This document shows, in pieces, positions 19,318 through 29,231 of a stretch of DNA of 57,419 nt (the first letter of the stretch is position 1; every line of letters starts with the position of its first letter). Position numbers and translations under genes: made by a program. The notes under the pieces are model-generated. The model did not search any database and was not told the DNA's origin. It saw only the letters and a program-made list of their open reading frames with translations. The stretch is taken from the IMG/VR virus record IMGVR_UViG_3300025120_014373, one strand, 5' to 3'. Origin of the DNA: an uncultured virus (IMG/VR IMGVR_UViG_3300025120_014373) (Duplodnaviria > Heunggongvirae > Uroviricota > Caudoviricetes).

Positions 19318-20063
19318 TATAATATAGATTTACAATTATTATCTCTATAAACCGAATCTAACTTATCTTGCTGTTTATAACGTAACGGATCTTGTAATCC
19401 TGCGTCTAAAAACCCTTTCAACCTAAGAGAACTACTTGCACTATTAGCATCACATGGATATTCACCAGAATAACATGTATATGTATCAGCAAAATTGACT
19501 CCAAGCTCAACCCCATTTAAAATAATTTCTTTTTTACTCATCTTAAGAAGAGGAGCTCTTACTCTTATATCTATTTCCCGGTTTAATAAACAAATTTGAT
19601 TCATTTTATCAACAAACTGTACTGAACCATCCCAATAACCAGCAAGACTATCAGCTTCTGCTGCACCGTACCATACTTCATCAGCTTCCATTTTTTCTGC
19701 ATATGATAACAATATGCTTAAAAACATTAAATTACGAAATGGTACATATGATTTAGGTTGAGCCTCACCCATTATATCTTTTACGTCAGGTGTATCTATA
19801 TTATCATTTGTAAGAGAAGATGTATCAGCTATATCCTTAATATAAGTAACATCTAATAATTTATTAGTAAACTTAACATTTGTATAATTAAACTTAGCGT
19901 TAGCTAATTGCTTTTCAGCTGCTTCTAACTCTTTACTATGACGTTGACCGTAATTAAATGTTACAGTATGTACTTCATTATATTGCTCGGCTGCTTTATA
20001 TAGTAGAACAGATGAGTCCATACCACCGCTAAGCGTAATTACTATTTTATTTTTTTTTGCCAT
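19314..20063 (-). CDS. queC: 7-cyano-7-deazaguanine synthase-like (atypical)
   Basis: SGGMDS PP-loop, YGQRH..E, YVPFRN, TYTCY; YPDC and the C-terminal Zn-binding cysteines are altered. Confidence 0.88.
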   Translation of the reverse strand: MAKKNKIVITLSGGMDSSVLLYKAAEQYNEVHTVTFNYGQRHSKELEAAEKQLANAKFNYTNVKFTNKLLDVTYIKDIADTSSLTNDNIDTPDVKDIMGEAQPKSYVPFRNLMFLSILLSYAEKMEADEVWYGAAEADSLAGYWDGSVQFVDKMNQICLLNREIDIRVRAPLLKMSKKEIILNGVELGVNFADTYTCYSGEYPCDANSASSSLRLKGFLDAGLQDPLRYKQQDKLDSVYRDNNCKSILY

Positions 20064-20289
20064 TTATTAATTTTATATTCAATTCTTTTAAAATCTCTGG
20101 ATAAGAGGTAATTATATTACCATCTTTAGTAATTAAAGATGGTATAGATCTGATATTATTTTTATTACAAAACTTCATATTTTGATCAGCGTCTATATAT
20201 TCAACTTCAATTTTAGCTTCTGCTATTTCTTTTTTTAATAATTTACATGGTCCACACCATTCTGCGGTAACTATTTTATTCTTCTCCAT
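20047..20289 (-). CDS. Thioredoxin/glutaredoxin
   Basis: WCGPC and SIP motifs. Confidence 0.88.
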   Translation of the reverse strand: MEKNKIVTAEWCGPCKLLKKEIAEAKIEVEYIDADQNMKFCNKNNIRSIPSLITKDGNIITSYPEILKELNIKLINGKKK

Positions 20290-21376
20290 CGTTTACTTCA
20301 TCAGGTATAATTTCATCTTCGTCAGACTTATTACTATACTTCCATTCTTGTTTAATTTTCTCTTCTACTACAGGTATAATAGTACTATCCCATAGTTCTG
20401 TATCATCTTTCCATTTACTATAATAACCAAGTTTCTTACCATCCGGTAAAGTATAAGTTGAACCGGTTTGTATTACTGCTCCTAAACCTACTGCAAGATC
20501 CAATAAACCATAATATTTGTTTAAACCTTTATCAAAAGATAAGTACATTTCACCTTGTAAATATTGCTTAACAAATCTATTTTTAACAGTTAATGCTCTA
20601 AGAATAACACCTGAATAATTCTTCTGCCCTACGGCTAACTTACCATCCGTATTCTTATCTTCTTTAACTGGTTTACGAGCTAATTGAATAGTAACTGATG
20701 GAAGATAAACGGTAGCAGTACCGCCTGGCATAGCTTTAACTAAAGAAGGAAACAGCGCAGCCGGGTCTTCATAGATATGATTAGTAGCTAGAATAGTAGT
20801 TTTAGTTAATCCGGATAGCTGAGTTAAAGTGCGTAATAGAGATTTCATAGCTTTAGCTCTACTACCCATATCTGCACTTACATTACCTTTTATCTGACGA
20901 TTAATCTGCAATTGACTTTCCATATTACCTAAAGAATCGATAGCAATAATAAACTTACCTTCTTGACCCTTTTCTTTTACTTTAGTTAGGAAGTCAAAAA
21001 TAGTATTACGACATTCTTCAATACTAAAAACTGGTACATATTTTACTTTACTAACATCAAGACCTAATGCTTCCGCACCATCTTTATCAATAGCATTTTC
21101 ACTATCAAAAATAACTGGAGTCAATCCTTCTTTCTGAGCATTGGCTAAAATCTTTTGCAATATAAAACTCTTACCAGTCATACTAGGACCAGCTAATAGA
21201 GTCATTCTATTTTTTGGTATACCACCAAATAATGAACCTGATACAATACCATTAAGTACCATTGATCCGGTATCTAACCAACCATCTACATTACTAATAG
21301 CACTTTCATTTAAAAACGAAGCGTACGGGTTAGATTTATCAATTATAGATAATACATCATCAATTTCTTTACTCAT
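20276..21376 (-). CDS. uvsX: RecA-like recombinase UvsX
   Basis: DTGS..LN, AGPSMTGKS, FDSE, IDSLGN, DMG.RAK, NHIY, GG, KNRF. Confidence 0.93.
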   Translation of the reverse strand: MSKEIDDVLSIIDKSNPYASFLNESAISNVDGWLDTGSMVLNGIVSGSLFGGIPKNRMTLLAGPSMTGKSFILQKILANAQKEGLTPVIFDSENAIDKDGAEALGLDVSKVKYVPVFSIEECRNTIFDFLTKVKEKGQEGKFIIAIDSLGNMESQLQINRQIKGNVSADMGSRAKAMKSLLRTLTQLSGLTKTTILATNHIYEDPAALFPSLVKAMPGGTATVYLPSVTIQLARKPVKEDKNTDGKLAVGQKNYSGVILRALTVKNRFVKQYLQGEMYLSFDKGLNKYYGLLDLAVGLGAVIQTGSTYTLPDGKKLGYYSKWKDDTELWDSTIIPVVEEKIKQEWKYSNKSDEDEIIPDEVNDGEE

Positions 21377-21383
21377 ATATACT

Positions 21384-21411
21384 ATTATAGTATATGATTA
21401 TCGTTTATCAA
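21384..21411 (-). promoter_or_regulatory. Sigma70-type promoter for uvsX-trx-queC
   Basis: TTGATA-N16-TATAAT, 7 nt before the ATG. Confidence 0.7.
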
Positions 21412-21622
21412 TAAATTCTTTAAATTTATCAGCATCTTTTACCATTTCAAATAACATAGTATGCTCGTAAACGTTAGTCCATTTTATAATGTCCCATTGC
21501 CATTTATTAAAATTATCTTTACAGTAATCACTATACTCCATTTCCCAGTCCGAGTGAAACGGTATAGAAAATGAATAAGATTTCCATCCTAATTTATAAT
21601 CAAATATTTCTTGAGGCGACAT
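21398..21622 (-). CDS. Hypothetical protein (start probably 21622)
   Basis: Trp-rich small ORF; the upstream ATG at 21640 lies inside a hairpin. Confidence 0.55.
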   Translation of the reverse strand: MSPQEIFDYKLGWKSYSFSIPFHSDWEMEYSDYCKDNFNKWQWDIIKWTNVYEHTMLFEMVKDADKFKEFIDKR

Positions 21623-21628
21623 ACATAG

Positions 21629-21668
21629 AAAACCTCTCATATTTTTTAGTTATGAGAGGCTGTTTTTT
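21629..21668. terminator. Intrinsic terminator-like hairpin, potentially bidirectional
   Basis: CCTCTCATA (21633-21641) pairs with TATGAGAGG (21651-21659); T-runs follow on both strands. Confidence 0.65.
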
Positions 21669-21680
21669 ATTTATTTTTTT

Positions 21681-22049
21681 TTATTCGTCGAATAGCTTAA
21701 TAACTTCAGGTTCTCCCCCTGCAGATTGATCTGCTGGTACTAAGATTGGATTGACAATTTTTTCGTATTGCTCTACAATACGGTTTTCAATCTCAAACTT
21801 GCTACCAATTGCAATATTACCTTTACTATAAGTGAAGTAATTTGCTCTTGAATCATCTGTTGTTGGTTGAACAAATTCTTGGAAGAATAGAGGAAATAGC
21901 TGGACAGCCATTTGACCATTCTCTCCTTGTTGAACGGTAATCATAACTGGGTTTTTTGCAACCAAATTATCAGACGTTTCACTTTCAAGCTCGGCAAAAA
22001 GTGCACGACCCGCGTTATCAATAAATGTAGTATATTTTTTATCTGCCAT
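21681..22049 (-). CDS. Hypothetical small beta-rich protein
   Basis: 122-aa ORF with its own TTGAAT-N16-TAAAAT promoter (22056-22083). Confidence 0.7.
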   Translation of the reverse strand: MADKKYTTFIDNAGRALFAELESETSDNLVAKNPVMITVQQGENGQMAVQLFPLFFQEFVQPTTDDSRANYFTYSKGNIAIGSKFEIENRIVEQYEKIVNPILVPADQSAGGEPEVIKLFDE

Positions 22050-22079
22050 ACATATATTTTAATAACTGTTTTACTTAAT

Positions 22080-24641
22080 TCAACTTAAAAGATCAAATAA
22101 ATTAGTTTGAACCGCATTACCTGGCTTTTGAATAGCCCATTTAACGTTATCATAAAATCTTTCAATAACTGCATAGAGATTTTTTTCAAACATTTTATCG
22201 TAATCTACATGAAATATCTTTTTAAATTCCTCTGGGTAATAATACTTGTATGCCAAGCTCGGTAAATTATACGGGTTAGGTTGCTGTAAGTAAAAGTATC
22301 TAACTTTATCTCCTGAACTAATAGTTTCATACTTTTTTTCTATATTAAACTTTTTAAGTAACATATTATGGTAATAAGCAGCTTTAACATGAATAGGCAT
22401 GCCTTTTGCAGTTTTCCAATCATCACATTGTCCTGCATATTTTTCATAACCTTTTAAACCCGATACAAAGGTAATATCTTCAACTGGTAGATCTTTAAAT
22501 ATCTTATACGTTTTATCAAGTACAGCATTAGTTTTAGCTATATTTTGGGTTGATAGCATCGTCTCAATTATACCTTTTACATGAGGTTTAATAGCATCCG
22601 GCATCGTGCTTCTTACAACTTCAACCCCAGTATACTTATACTTATCCATTGGTATACCCTCATCATCTAAAATATGCATAACGTAACGTTTCTTTTGTAA
22701 AAATATACCAGTATCAGCAATTACTTCACGTTTAAAGATAAATCTACAGTCTTTAGAATTTAAGTTTTTAATACCCCATACTTTAATTTCATCATTTAAG
22801 AAGTCTTCAATATTCTGCACCTCATCATGAAATGCTTGAGTTAACTTACCATTTTCATCGGTAAAAGTTAAACCTGCTTTAACTAAAGGTTTGACTGAAA
22901 TATAACTACTATCTGTATCGTTATATATTATACAATCATTAAGAGTTTTTTCATCCTCAACATTAGCTTTTTCTTTAATATACCTTTTAAGTAATTCGTT
23001 AGATTGTTTAATAACTGCTTGACCAGTTAAAGTAATTGAAGCTGCAATATCATCATCACCGAAAGGGGCATGCTTATTACCAAAATAACCGTAAATTGAA
23101 TTAATTAAAACTTTAATACATAACTGCTTTGCATCTAATTGATCAATTTCAAATTTAAGATCCTTATTTTTAACCTTACTCTTTGAATACTCTCTCTTAA
23201 GTTTTCCTAATTTAGTTTTTACAACAACACGTTTATCATAATAGTAATCTAAAATTTCAGGCATTACCCCTTTAAACTTTTGAGTAAATAGCACGTTAGC
23301 TTTACTAATAGCTATCTCTTCTTTTTTACAGAACTTTAAAAACTTTTCATGAGTTAAAGTAAAGACCTGACCATTAGCATGACGTATAACTATTTCATTA
23401 TCATTTTTATCTTCAATCTTACCCACTTTAGTTTCCGGGGACATATTTAGAGATATCATTACATTCGGGTATAGAGAGTTAGCATCAAACGATATAATAT
23501 TTTCTTGAAAACCTTTCAAAGGCTCACCAACAAATGCACCTGGATTTTTACCGGTATCAGCATTCCTAATAAACGAAGGTACACACTGACCACGCTTCCT
23601 TGATATAACAGCTGTTGCACCATTGATCACCGAAAGGGAACCCATAGCAGCTTCGAAGGTAGTTAGGCCAACATAAGCCAACATTTTAATTAGTTCTGTA
23701 TACTTTAGTTTATCTTCTAAGTTAGTTAGCAGTCTAACGTCCTGAATATTATATTCAACAAACGTTTGCCAATCAGTATCAGCAAGAGTAGCTAGATTCA
23801 TATTACCGAAATCTACTTTCTTCTCACCTAACTCTGCCTCGCCAATTGCATCAAGTTTATAACTTTCTTTTACCCCAACTGAGAAACGTTTATATACATC
23901 TAAATAGTCAATTAATGAAATACCTTCAACATACCAACGTTGTTGTTCTTGACCGAACTGACCACGTATTGTTCTACTATAAACCTTACCTGAAGGTGAT
24001 ATTCTATTAGTCCATTCCTCACCAAGTATACGAGTACATCTATTTAAGATATACGGTAAATCAAAAAATTCACTATTCCAACCTGACATTATATCAGGGT
24101 AATCTTTTTCAACATACTCAATAAACTTCATAAATAACTCCCTTTCAGAAGAGCAATTAACATATGTTACATCTTTATCTTTATTATTATACTCACCTAA
24201 ACCAAATGTATGGTATTGACGATTTAATGAATCAAAGCAAGTAATAACATTACAGGTATGAGTAGGGTCTTGAGGATTAGGAAACTCATCCGGGGAATAA
24301 GTCTCAATATCTAAGAACATAACCTTAATAGGGTTTTTACTAAATTCAGTCGTTTCGTTAACCTTCCAAAAAGTATCAATTAAGTACTGCTGTACTGCTG
24401 GCTGATTCTCAAATACTCTTTTAATACCGGTATCTTTAATATACTTGAATCGGTCATACTGAGTCCTAAAACTCTTCTTAACCAGTTTAGTCCCGAAAAT
24501 AGATTCATAATCACCCTTACCTTCGACATACAAATAAGGGTCATAGGATGTAGTTACTTTAATTCTTTTACCGTTGGTATCCCAGGTAAATAAATTAATA
24601 CATCTTTCACGGGGATCATAGTATATATTACGATAACTCAC
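22080..24641 (-). CDS. gp43: Family B DNA polymerase, gp43-like
   Basis: Exonuclease motifs DIET, GWNSEFFDLPY, YNIQDV; polymerase motifs DANSLYP, K..INSIYG, YNDTDS, KKRY; no intein. Confidence 0.97.
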   Translation of the reverse strand: MSYRNIYYDPRERCINLFTWDTNGKRIKVTTSYDPYLYVEGKGDYESIFGTKLVKKSFRTQYDRFKYIKDTGIKRVFENQPAVQQYLIDTFWKVNETTEFSKNPIKVMFLDIETYSPDEFPNPQDPTHTCNVITCFDSLNRQYHTFGLGEYNNKDKDVTYVNCSSERELFMKFIEYVEKDYPDIMSGWNSEFFDLPYILNRCTRILGEEWTNRISPSGKVYSRTIRGQFGQEQQRWYVEGISLIDYLDVYKRFSVGVKESYKLDAIGEAELGEKKVDFGNMNLATLADTDWQTFVEYNIQDVRLLTNLEDKLKYTELIKMLAYVGLTTFEAAMGSLSVINGATAVISRKRGQCVPSFIRNADTGKNPGAFVGEPLKGFQENIISFDANSLYPNVMISLNMSPETKVGKIEDKNDNEIVIRHANGQVFTLTHEKFLKFCKKEEIAISKANVLFTQKFKGVMPEILDYYYDKRVVVKTKLGKLKREYSKSKVKNKDLKFEIDQLDAKQLCIKVLINSIYGYFGNKHAPFGDDDIAASITLTGQAVIKQSNELLKRYIKEKANVEDEKTLNDCIIYNDTDSSYISVKPLVKAGLTFTDENGKLTQAFHDEVQNIEDFLNDEIKVWGIKNLNSKDCRFIFKREVIADTGIFLQKKRYVMHILDDEGIPMDKYKYTGVEVVRSTMPDAIKPHVKGIIETMLSTQNIAKTNAVLDKTYKIFKDLPVEDITFVSGLKGYEKYAGQCDDWKTAKGMPIHVKAAYYHNMLLKKFNIEKKYETISSGDKVRYFYLQQPNPYNLPSLAYKYYYPEEFKKIFHVDYDKMFEKNLYAVIERFYDNVKWAIQKPGNAVQTNLFDLLS

Positions 24642-24647
24642 CCATTA

Positions 24648-24675
24648 ATTATATCATAGTTCCTAATTATATCTA
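24648..24675 (-). promoter_or_regulatory. Sigma70-type promoter for the polymerase gene
   Basis: TAGATA-N16-TATAAT, 6 nt before the GTG. Confidence 0.6.
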
Positions 24676-25880
24676 GATAAATTAAGTCTTTTTGGATCAT
24701 TCACACCGTACTGATATAACTCGGTATAGCAATCAATATTTTTATCATCTTCCAACCACCTTGTATCGGCATATTGACGACCTTTTCTGCAAAGGGCTTT
24801 ATAACGTTTTCTATCTTGTAAAGTATACTCTATTTGAGCAATCATTTCATCCCCAGTTTTAAATTTAATTGGTGCATTTTCATAGGTGCAAAGATCTTGA
24901 CAAGCAATCGGTAAACCTAATGCACTTGCTTCAATATATTTTAAATCTGATTTAGCTTTATTGAATGTATTATCTTGTAAAGGTGCTACGACCATATTAA
25001 CGTTTAAATCATATAAACCTTGACCGTATTCATATAATTTTTTCCATGGGTGAAATTCTACCTTACCAGACTGAACTAAATCTCTAATCGGTAATGGGTG
25101 AGCTCCTAAAAACACCCATTGATATTTATCAACTGTTTTTCTAATAACTTCATTAACGTGGTAAAAATCATCTTTAAATTTAACTCGGTTTTCGATATCA
25201 AAATGAGCCCCAGAACCAGCGTATAAAATTCTCGGCTTCTTCTTATTTATATCATAACTTTCCATCGTCCTATTGTTATTATAAAATCTATCCAACCAAA
25301 ACTTTGGCATAAAATTAGGTACAACAGTAACATTTTTATTACCTGTTTTATCACGATAATAATCTCTCATAAATGGACACGTAACTGTAATTTCATCACA
25401 CATTGCCATCATTTCTTGAGCTGATTTCCTAATATTTGGATCAGTAAATGCAGTTTTATATTTATTATAATCAGGTATATCTTCATGAAAACATATATCG
25501 TCAATTTCATATATTAATCTAATATTGTTTTTATCAGCTATTTGTCTTAACCATTTTACAAATTCTAATTGTTGAGGTGTAGCTTGTCTTTGTATCCTTA
25601 TACCTTTAGTTTGTATATAATATCTTTCATCAACATTCATTACTGTCGTACCATGTACAACAGCTTTATTATGGGCATTCATTACTTGCTCCGGCCATAT
25701 CATTCTCCAGTGACCACATCCGGAATAATCTGCATAATAATTTAAAAATCTTGGTAAATCGGTTCCAGGTTGTGGTGGTGCTTTAACTACTTCAGGTTTT
25801 GGAGTAATGATATTATTTTGAAACGGTTTTGCTCCGAATGGTGTATTTGCTTGGAATGGTTGGTTACCTTGTATTAGCAT
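24663..25880 (-). CDS. GT-B fold glycosyltransferase
   Basis: GCGHWRM..P, YEIDD, VVPN, APLQDNTFNKAKSDLKYIE...G.P. Confidence 0.82.
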   Translation of the reverse strand: MLIQGNQPFQANTPFGAKPFQNNIITPKPEVVKAPPQPGTDLPRFLNYYADYSGCGHWRMIWPEQVMNAHNKAVVHGTTVMNVDERYYIQTKGIRIQRQATPQQLEFVKWLRQIADKNNIRLIYEIDDICFHEDIPDYNKYKTAFTDPNIRKSAQEMMAMCDEITVTCPFMRDYYRDKTGNKNVTVVPNFMPKFWLDRFYNNNRTMESYDINKKKPRILYAGSGAHFDIENRVKFKDDFYHVNEVIRKTVDKYQWVFLGAHPLPIRDLVQSGKVEFHPWKKLYEYGQGLYDLNVNMVVAPLQDNTFNKAKSDLKYIEASALGLPIACQDLCTYENAPIKFKTGDEMIAQIEYTLQDRKRYKALCRKGRQYADTRWLEDDKNIDCYTELYQYGVNDPKRLNLSRYN

Positions 25881-25888
25881 AATATTAA

Positions 25889-27694
25889 TTAATCAATAAA
25901 ATTTACTCTTCTAGTGATACCATTATGTTTTTCTAAAAATATTACGTCTCCGTTAGCAGATTTAATACTTTCCTTGCGATGACTAATAACCATAACACAC
26001 TCATTATATTTTTGAACTCTCTCATTTAATATCTCTAGAACTAAATCTACACCTTTTTCGTCTAAACTACTATCAAATAATTCATCATAAAAACTAATAT
26101 TATAATAAACATCCCCTTGTGACTTCCTCATATCCATAAAAGAGAATAAGCAAGCTAAGTCAATAGCTTTTCTTTCAGCTCCAGAGAAGTTATTATATAA
26201 ACAAATCTTACCTTTTTCATTTACAATTTCTTCTTCAAAATATTCATTAAAAATACAAACACAATTACTATCTAATTTTTTCATGAAATGGGTCAATTTA
26301 CCATTAAAATGGGAAAGTATTTTCTTAACAATAAAACTCTTTACACCTTCTTCACTAACAACAAACTTAACAACATCCATAAGATTAATAACCTTTTTAA
26401 GAGAATCTATTTCTCGTTTTATATCATTAATTTTATTAGTTGTATTACCTATTAAATCGTCAAATGAATTAATTTCTGTTTTAATGTTATCTATATCAGT
26501 TTGATATTGTTTAATAATATTTTCAATATCAGATATATTGCGTTCAAGATAAGAAATATTATCCTTTTGATTTTTTATACTTAAAAGTTTATTATCTATT
26601 TTCGTTTTAGCCGCAGAATAACTATTAATTTCTTTAACCGTATTTTCATAATCTTCTTTGTTATATTTTATATCATTTAAAATATCATCCAATATAATAT
26701 TAATTTTTTCTTTTTCTTCTTCAATTAAATCTTTATCATGATCTTCTAAAGGCCTTAAACACATTGGACAGGTAGCTTCATCAGTACCAATTTTTGCTAA
26801 CGTACCTTTATTTGTAGTTAAATTAGTTTTTAACTGTACAATTTTTTCATACTTTTCATTTTTAATATTTTTTAAATCTATTATTTCATCATTTAGTTTA
26901 TCAGATTTATCTACATAAGGGGTTTCATCTAACGATTCTACTGTATCTCTTTCTTCTTTATAATTTTTTAAGTCATTATTTTTAGTGCTTATCTGGTCTT
27001 TAATTCTACTAATTCTTTGATTTTTATTTTCTTCAAAGTTATCAACTTGCTGCTGTTGGGTATTTAAATGATTATTAGTTTCCTCTAATCTAGTAATTTC
27101 AATGTCGAAGTTGCGTTTTATTTCATTATGTTCATTACGTAATTCACCTAACATTTTACTAAAAATTTCAAGGTTAAATATTTGCTCAATAAACTTACGT
27201 TTTTCTGTCTTACTCTTACCCATAAAAGGTACATGATTATTGAGAGTCATTATAACACAGTTTTGAAATATTTCCGGTGTCGATGATAGTACTGTATTAA
27301 TATATTCGTTTGTATTAGCAATACTATCTCTAGTTTTATCGTTACCATTTTTATAGATATAAACTTTGCTCGGGTTTAGAGTACGTATAATATCAAATTC
27401 ATTTACACCATGCTTCGGGTCATCAACAGTAAATGATAATTGGACTTCACATGTACCTGAAGTTAAATTATTAGCTATAAAGTTTTTCTTAATATCTCTT
27501 AAAGTTTGACCAAATATAGCAAAATATAAACCATCAGCTATCGTACTTTTACCGACACCGTTTCTCCTATCTTCCTTATCTCTATTGATACCAGTTACAA
27601 TATGCAAACCTTTTTCAAAATTTACAGTTACGAACTCCTCACCTATAGACAGGAAGTTTTTTATTTTTAACTCTTTAAAGCATACGTATTTCAT
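25889..27694 (-). CDS. gp46: Recombination endonuclease ATPase subunit (SbcC/Rad50-like)
   Basis: KNFLSIG, NGVGKST, CPMC hook, FSGAE, DELFDSSLD, VISH. Confidence 0.95.
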   Translation of the reverse strand: MKYVCFKELKIKNFLSIGEEFVTVNFEKGLHIVTGINRDKEDRRNGVGKSTIADGLYFAIFGQTLRDIKKNFIANNLTSGTCEVQLSFTVDDPKHGVNEFDIIRTLNPSKVYIYKNGNDKTRDSIANTNEYINTVLSSTPEIFQNCVIMTLNNHVPFMGKSKTEKRKFIEQIFNLEIFSKMLGELRNEHNEIKRNFDIEITRLEETNNHLNTQQQQVDNFEENKNQRISRIKDQISTKNNDLKNYKEERDTVESLDETPYVDKSDKLNDEIIDLKNIKNEKYEKIVQLKTNLTTNKGTLAKIGTDEATCPMCLRPLEDHDKDLIEEEKEKINIILDDILNDIKYNKEDYENTVKEINSYSAAKTKIDNKLLSIKNQKDNISYLERNISDIENIIKQYQTDIDNIKTEINSFDDLIGNTTNKINDIKREIDSLKKVINLMDVVKFVVSEEGVKSFIVKKILSHFNGKLTHFMKKLDSNCVCIFNEYFEEEIVNEKGKICLYNNFSGAERKAIDLACLFSFMDMRKSQGDVYYNISFYDELFDSSLDEKGVDLVLEILNERVQKYNECVMVISHRKESIKSANGDVIFLEKHNGITRRVNFID

Positions 27695-28731
27695 TTAACT
27701 CTTTCATATAAAGATGTAGAATAATTTACCACATCTTTTTTATTTTCGATATCTAACATATTAACAAACTCTTCTATTGCATGTTTAATATCAACACCAG
27801 ATAAATCATAATCTTCATCATTTTCAATCTTAAGTTTATTATAATTTACATCATAGTCAATCCTTAATTCGACTGGCTTATATGTAGTTAGTTTAGTAAC
27901 CAACGCATCTAAATGATCAGTACTAATATTTTTATCAATAATTAATTTTATTATATTACCAGGTAATAAATTCTTAAGTACATCTTCAACATCTGTTATA
28001 TTAATCAGTTTAGATAATATAATTTTAATATGCTTTGGTGTAATATTATTTTCAAAAAATTCATATGACATATCATCTAAATCGAGAATGTAATAACCTT
28101 TTGTTTGCATTGTATCACCAAAGTCCATTTCATATGGATTACCAACATAGATAATAGAACTATCTTGTTTCTTATAATGTTTTTCATCTCTTGCATGAAA
28201 ATGTCCTGTGAATATTAACTTAGATTTTTCTACTAGTACATCTGGGTCATCACCATGATCACAAATTTTAAACATATTCATTTTAAAATTTTCTAATTCA
28301 AAATGACCGAATATTAAATCACTATTCGGTATGTCATCTATTTTTGTACCCCAAGGGCAAAACGATATCGATTTACCTTTATAATCTACAGTAGCAAGTT
28401 TATCATATACTGTTAAATTTTTATAACCTTTAAGAATACTTAAACTATTAATCTCTGATGTATCTTTATACCATGCATCATGATTACCGGTGATCATAGT
28501 AATATTGAAATCCTTAAACTTATCTAATAGGTCTTTAGCAAAATTTAAGGTCTTAACTGAAATTTCATCCCTATAATGAAAGAAGTCACCGCAGAAGATA
28601 ATATCTTTAATATCCTGAGATTTTAAATTAGTAATGTACCAATCTGCCCATTTATTAGCTATACCAAGCCAGAAATCATTATTCTGGTGTACACCTAAAT
28701 GTATATCAGAAAATATAGCTACTTTATTCAT
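27691..28731 (-). CDS. gp47: Recombination endonuclease nuclease subunit (SbcD/Mre11-like); start likely 28731
   Basis: SDIHLG, GDFFH, GNHD, GHFE, GHFH, YVGNP. Confidence 0.95.
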   Translation of the reverse strand: MNKVAIFSDIHLGVHQNNDFWLGIANKWADWYITNLKSQDIKDIIFCGDFFHYRDEISVKTLNFAKDLLDKFKDFNITMITGNHDAWYKDTSEINSLSILKGYKNLTVYDKLATVDYKGKSISFCPWGTKIDDIPNSDLIFGHFELENFKMNMFKICDHGDDPDVLVEKSKLIFTGHFHARDEKHYKKQDSSIIYVGNPYEMDFGDTMQTKGYYILDLDDMSYEFFENNITPKHIKIILSKLINITDVEDVLKNLLPGNIIKLIIDKNISTDHLDALVTKLTTYKPVELRIDYDVNYNKLKIENDEDYDLSGVDIKHAIEEFVNMLDIENKKDVVNYSTSLYERVK

Positions 28732-29197
28732 TAAAATCTGAGTCTGAATCATCAAACGTCGGTTTAACATATACCCGACCATCCATTGAATCTAACATTT
28801 CTTGTTCATAAACTTTTTCTTTATATTCAGATAATGTATTAGCATGCTTCTTTTCCTTTTTAATTCTATTAATAAAAGCATGGAATGCAATAGTAGTAAA
28901 ATACGAAAAAGGATTGTATTCTGAATCTACATTAAACTTTTTATTGGTAACAGCGGTATACATCTTAACTAAAGCATCACCTACCATTTCATCTCGATAA
29001 GTGTAGTTAATAAAATTAGATGAATAACTTAAACCATGAGCTATCTTATGAATCATATCCCCTAATTTAGGTGTACAATTTTCGCATTCATAATATGCAA
29101 TTAGTTCAGCCTTTAATTCGCGTGGATCTACATAGTATTCTGTCTTTTTTGGTTTAGGACCTCTACGCTTACCAGTCGTTTTCTTAGTATTAGCCAT
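28724..29197 (-). CDS. gp55: Late-transcription sigma factor, gp55-like
   Basis: YYVD, LSYSSNFINYTYRDEMVGDA, NPFSYFTTIAFHAFINRIKKEK. Confidence 0.93.
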   Translation of the reverse strand: MANTKKTTGKRRGPKPKKTEYYVDPRELKAELIAYYECENCTPKLGDMIHKIAHGLSYSSNFINYTYRDEMVGDALVKMYTAVTNKKFNVDSEYNPFSYFTTIAFHAFINRIKKEKKHANTLSEYKEKVYEQEMLDSMDGRVYVKPTFDDSDSDFNE

Positions 29198-29203
29198 AGC
29201 CTA

Positions 29204-29231
29204 ATTATAACGTATAAATACTATTTTTCAA
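29204..29231 (-). promoter_or_regulatory. Sigma70-type promoter for gp55-gp47-gp46
   Basis: TTGAAA-N16-TATAAT, 6 nt before the ATG. Confidence 0.7.

Noticed and set aside
22080..24641. Inteins or introns in the polymerase, helicase or UvsX
   Set aside because: Lengths are normal and motifs are contiguous.
29213..29220. Plus-strand TATAAATA inside the gp55 promoter spacer as an autoregulatory site
   Set aside because: No downstream plus-strand gene or start codon at +5, and the octamer is expected by chance in such AT-rich DNA.
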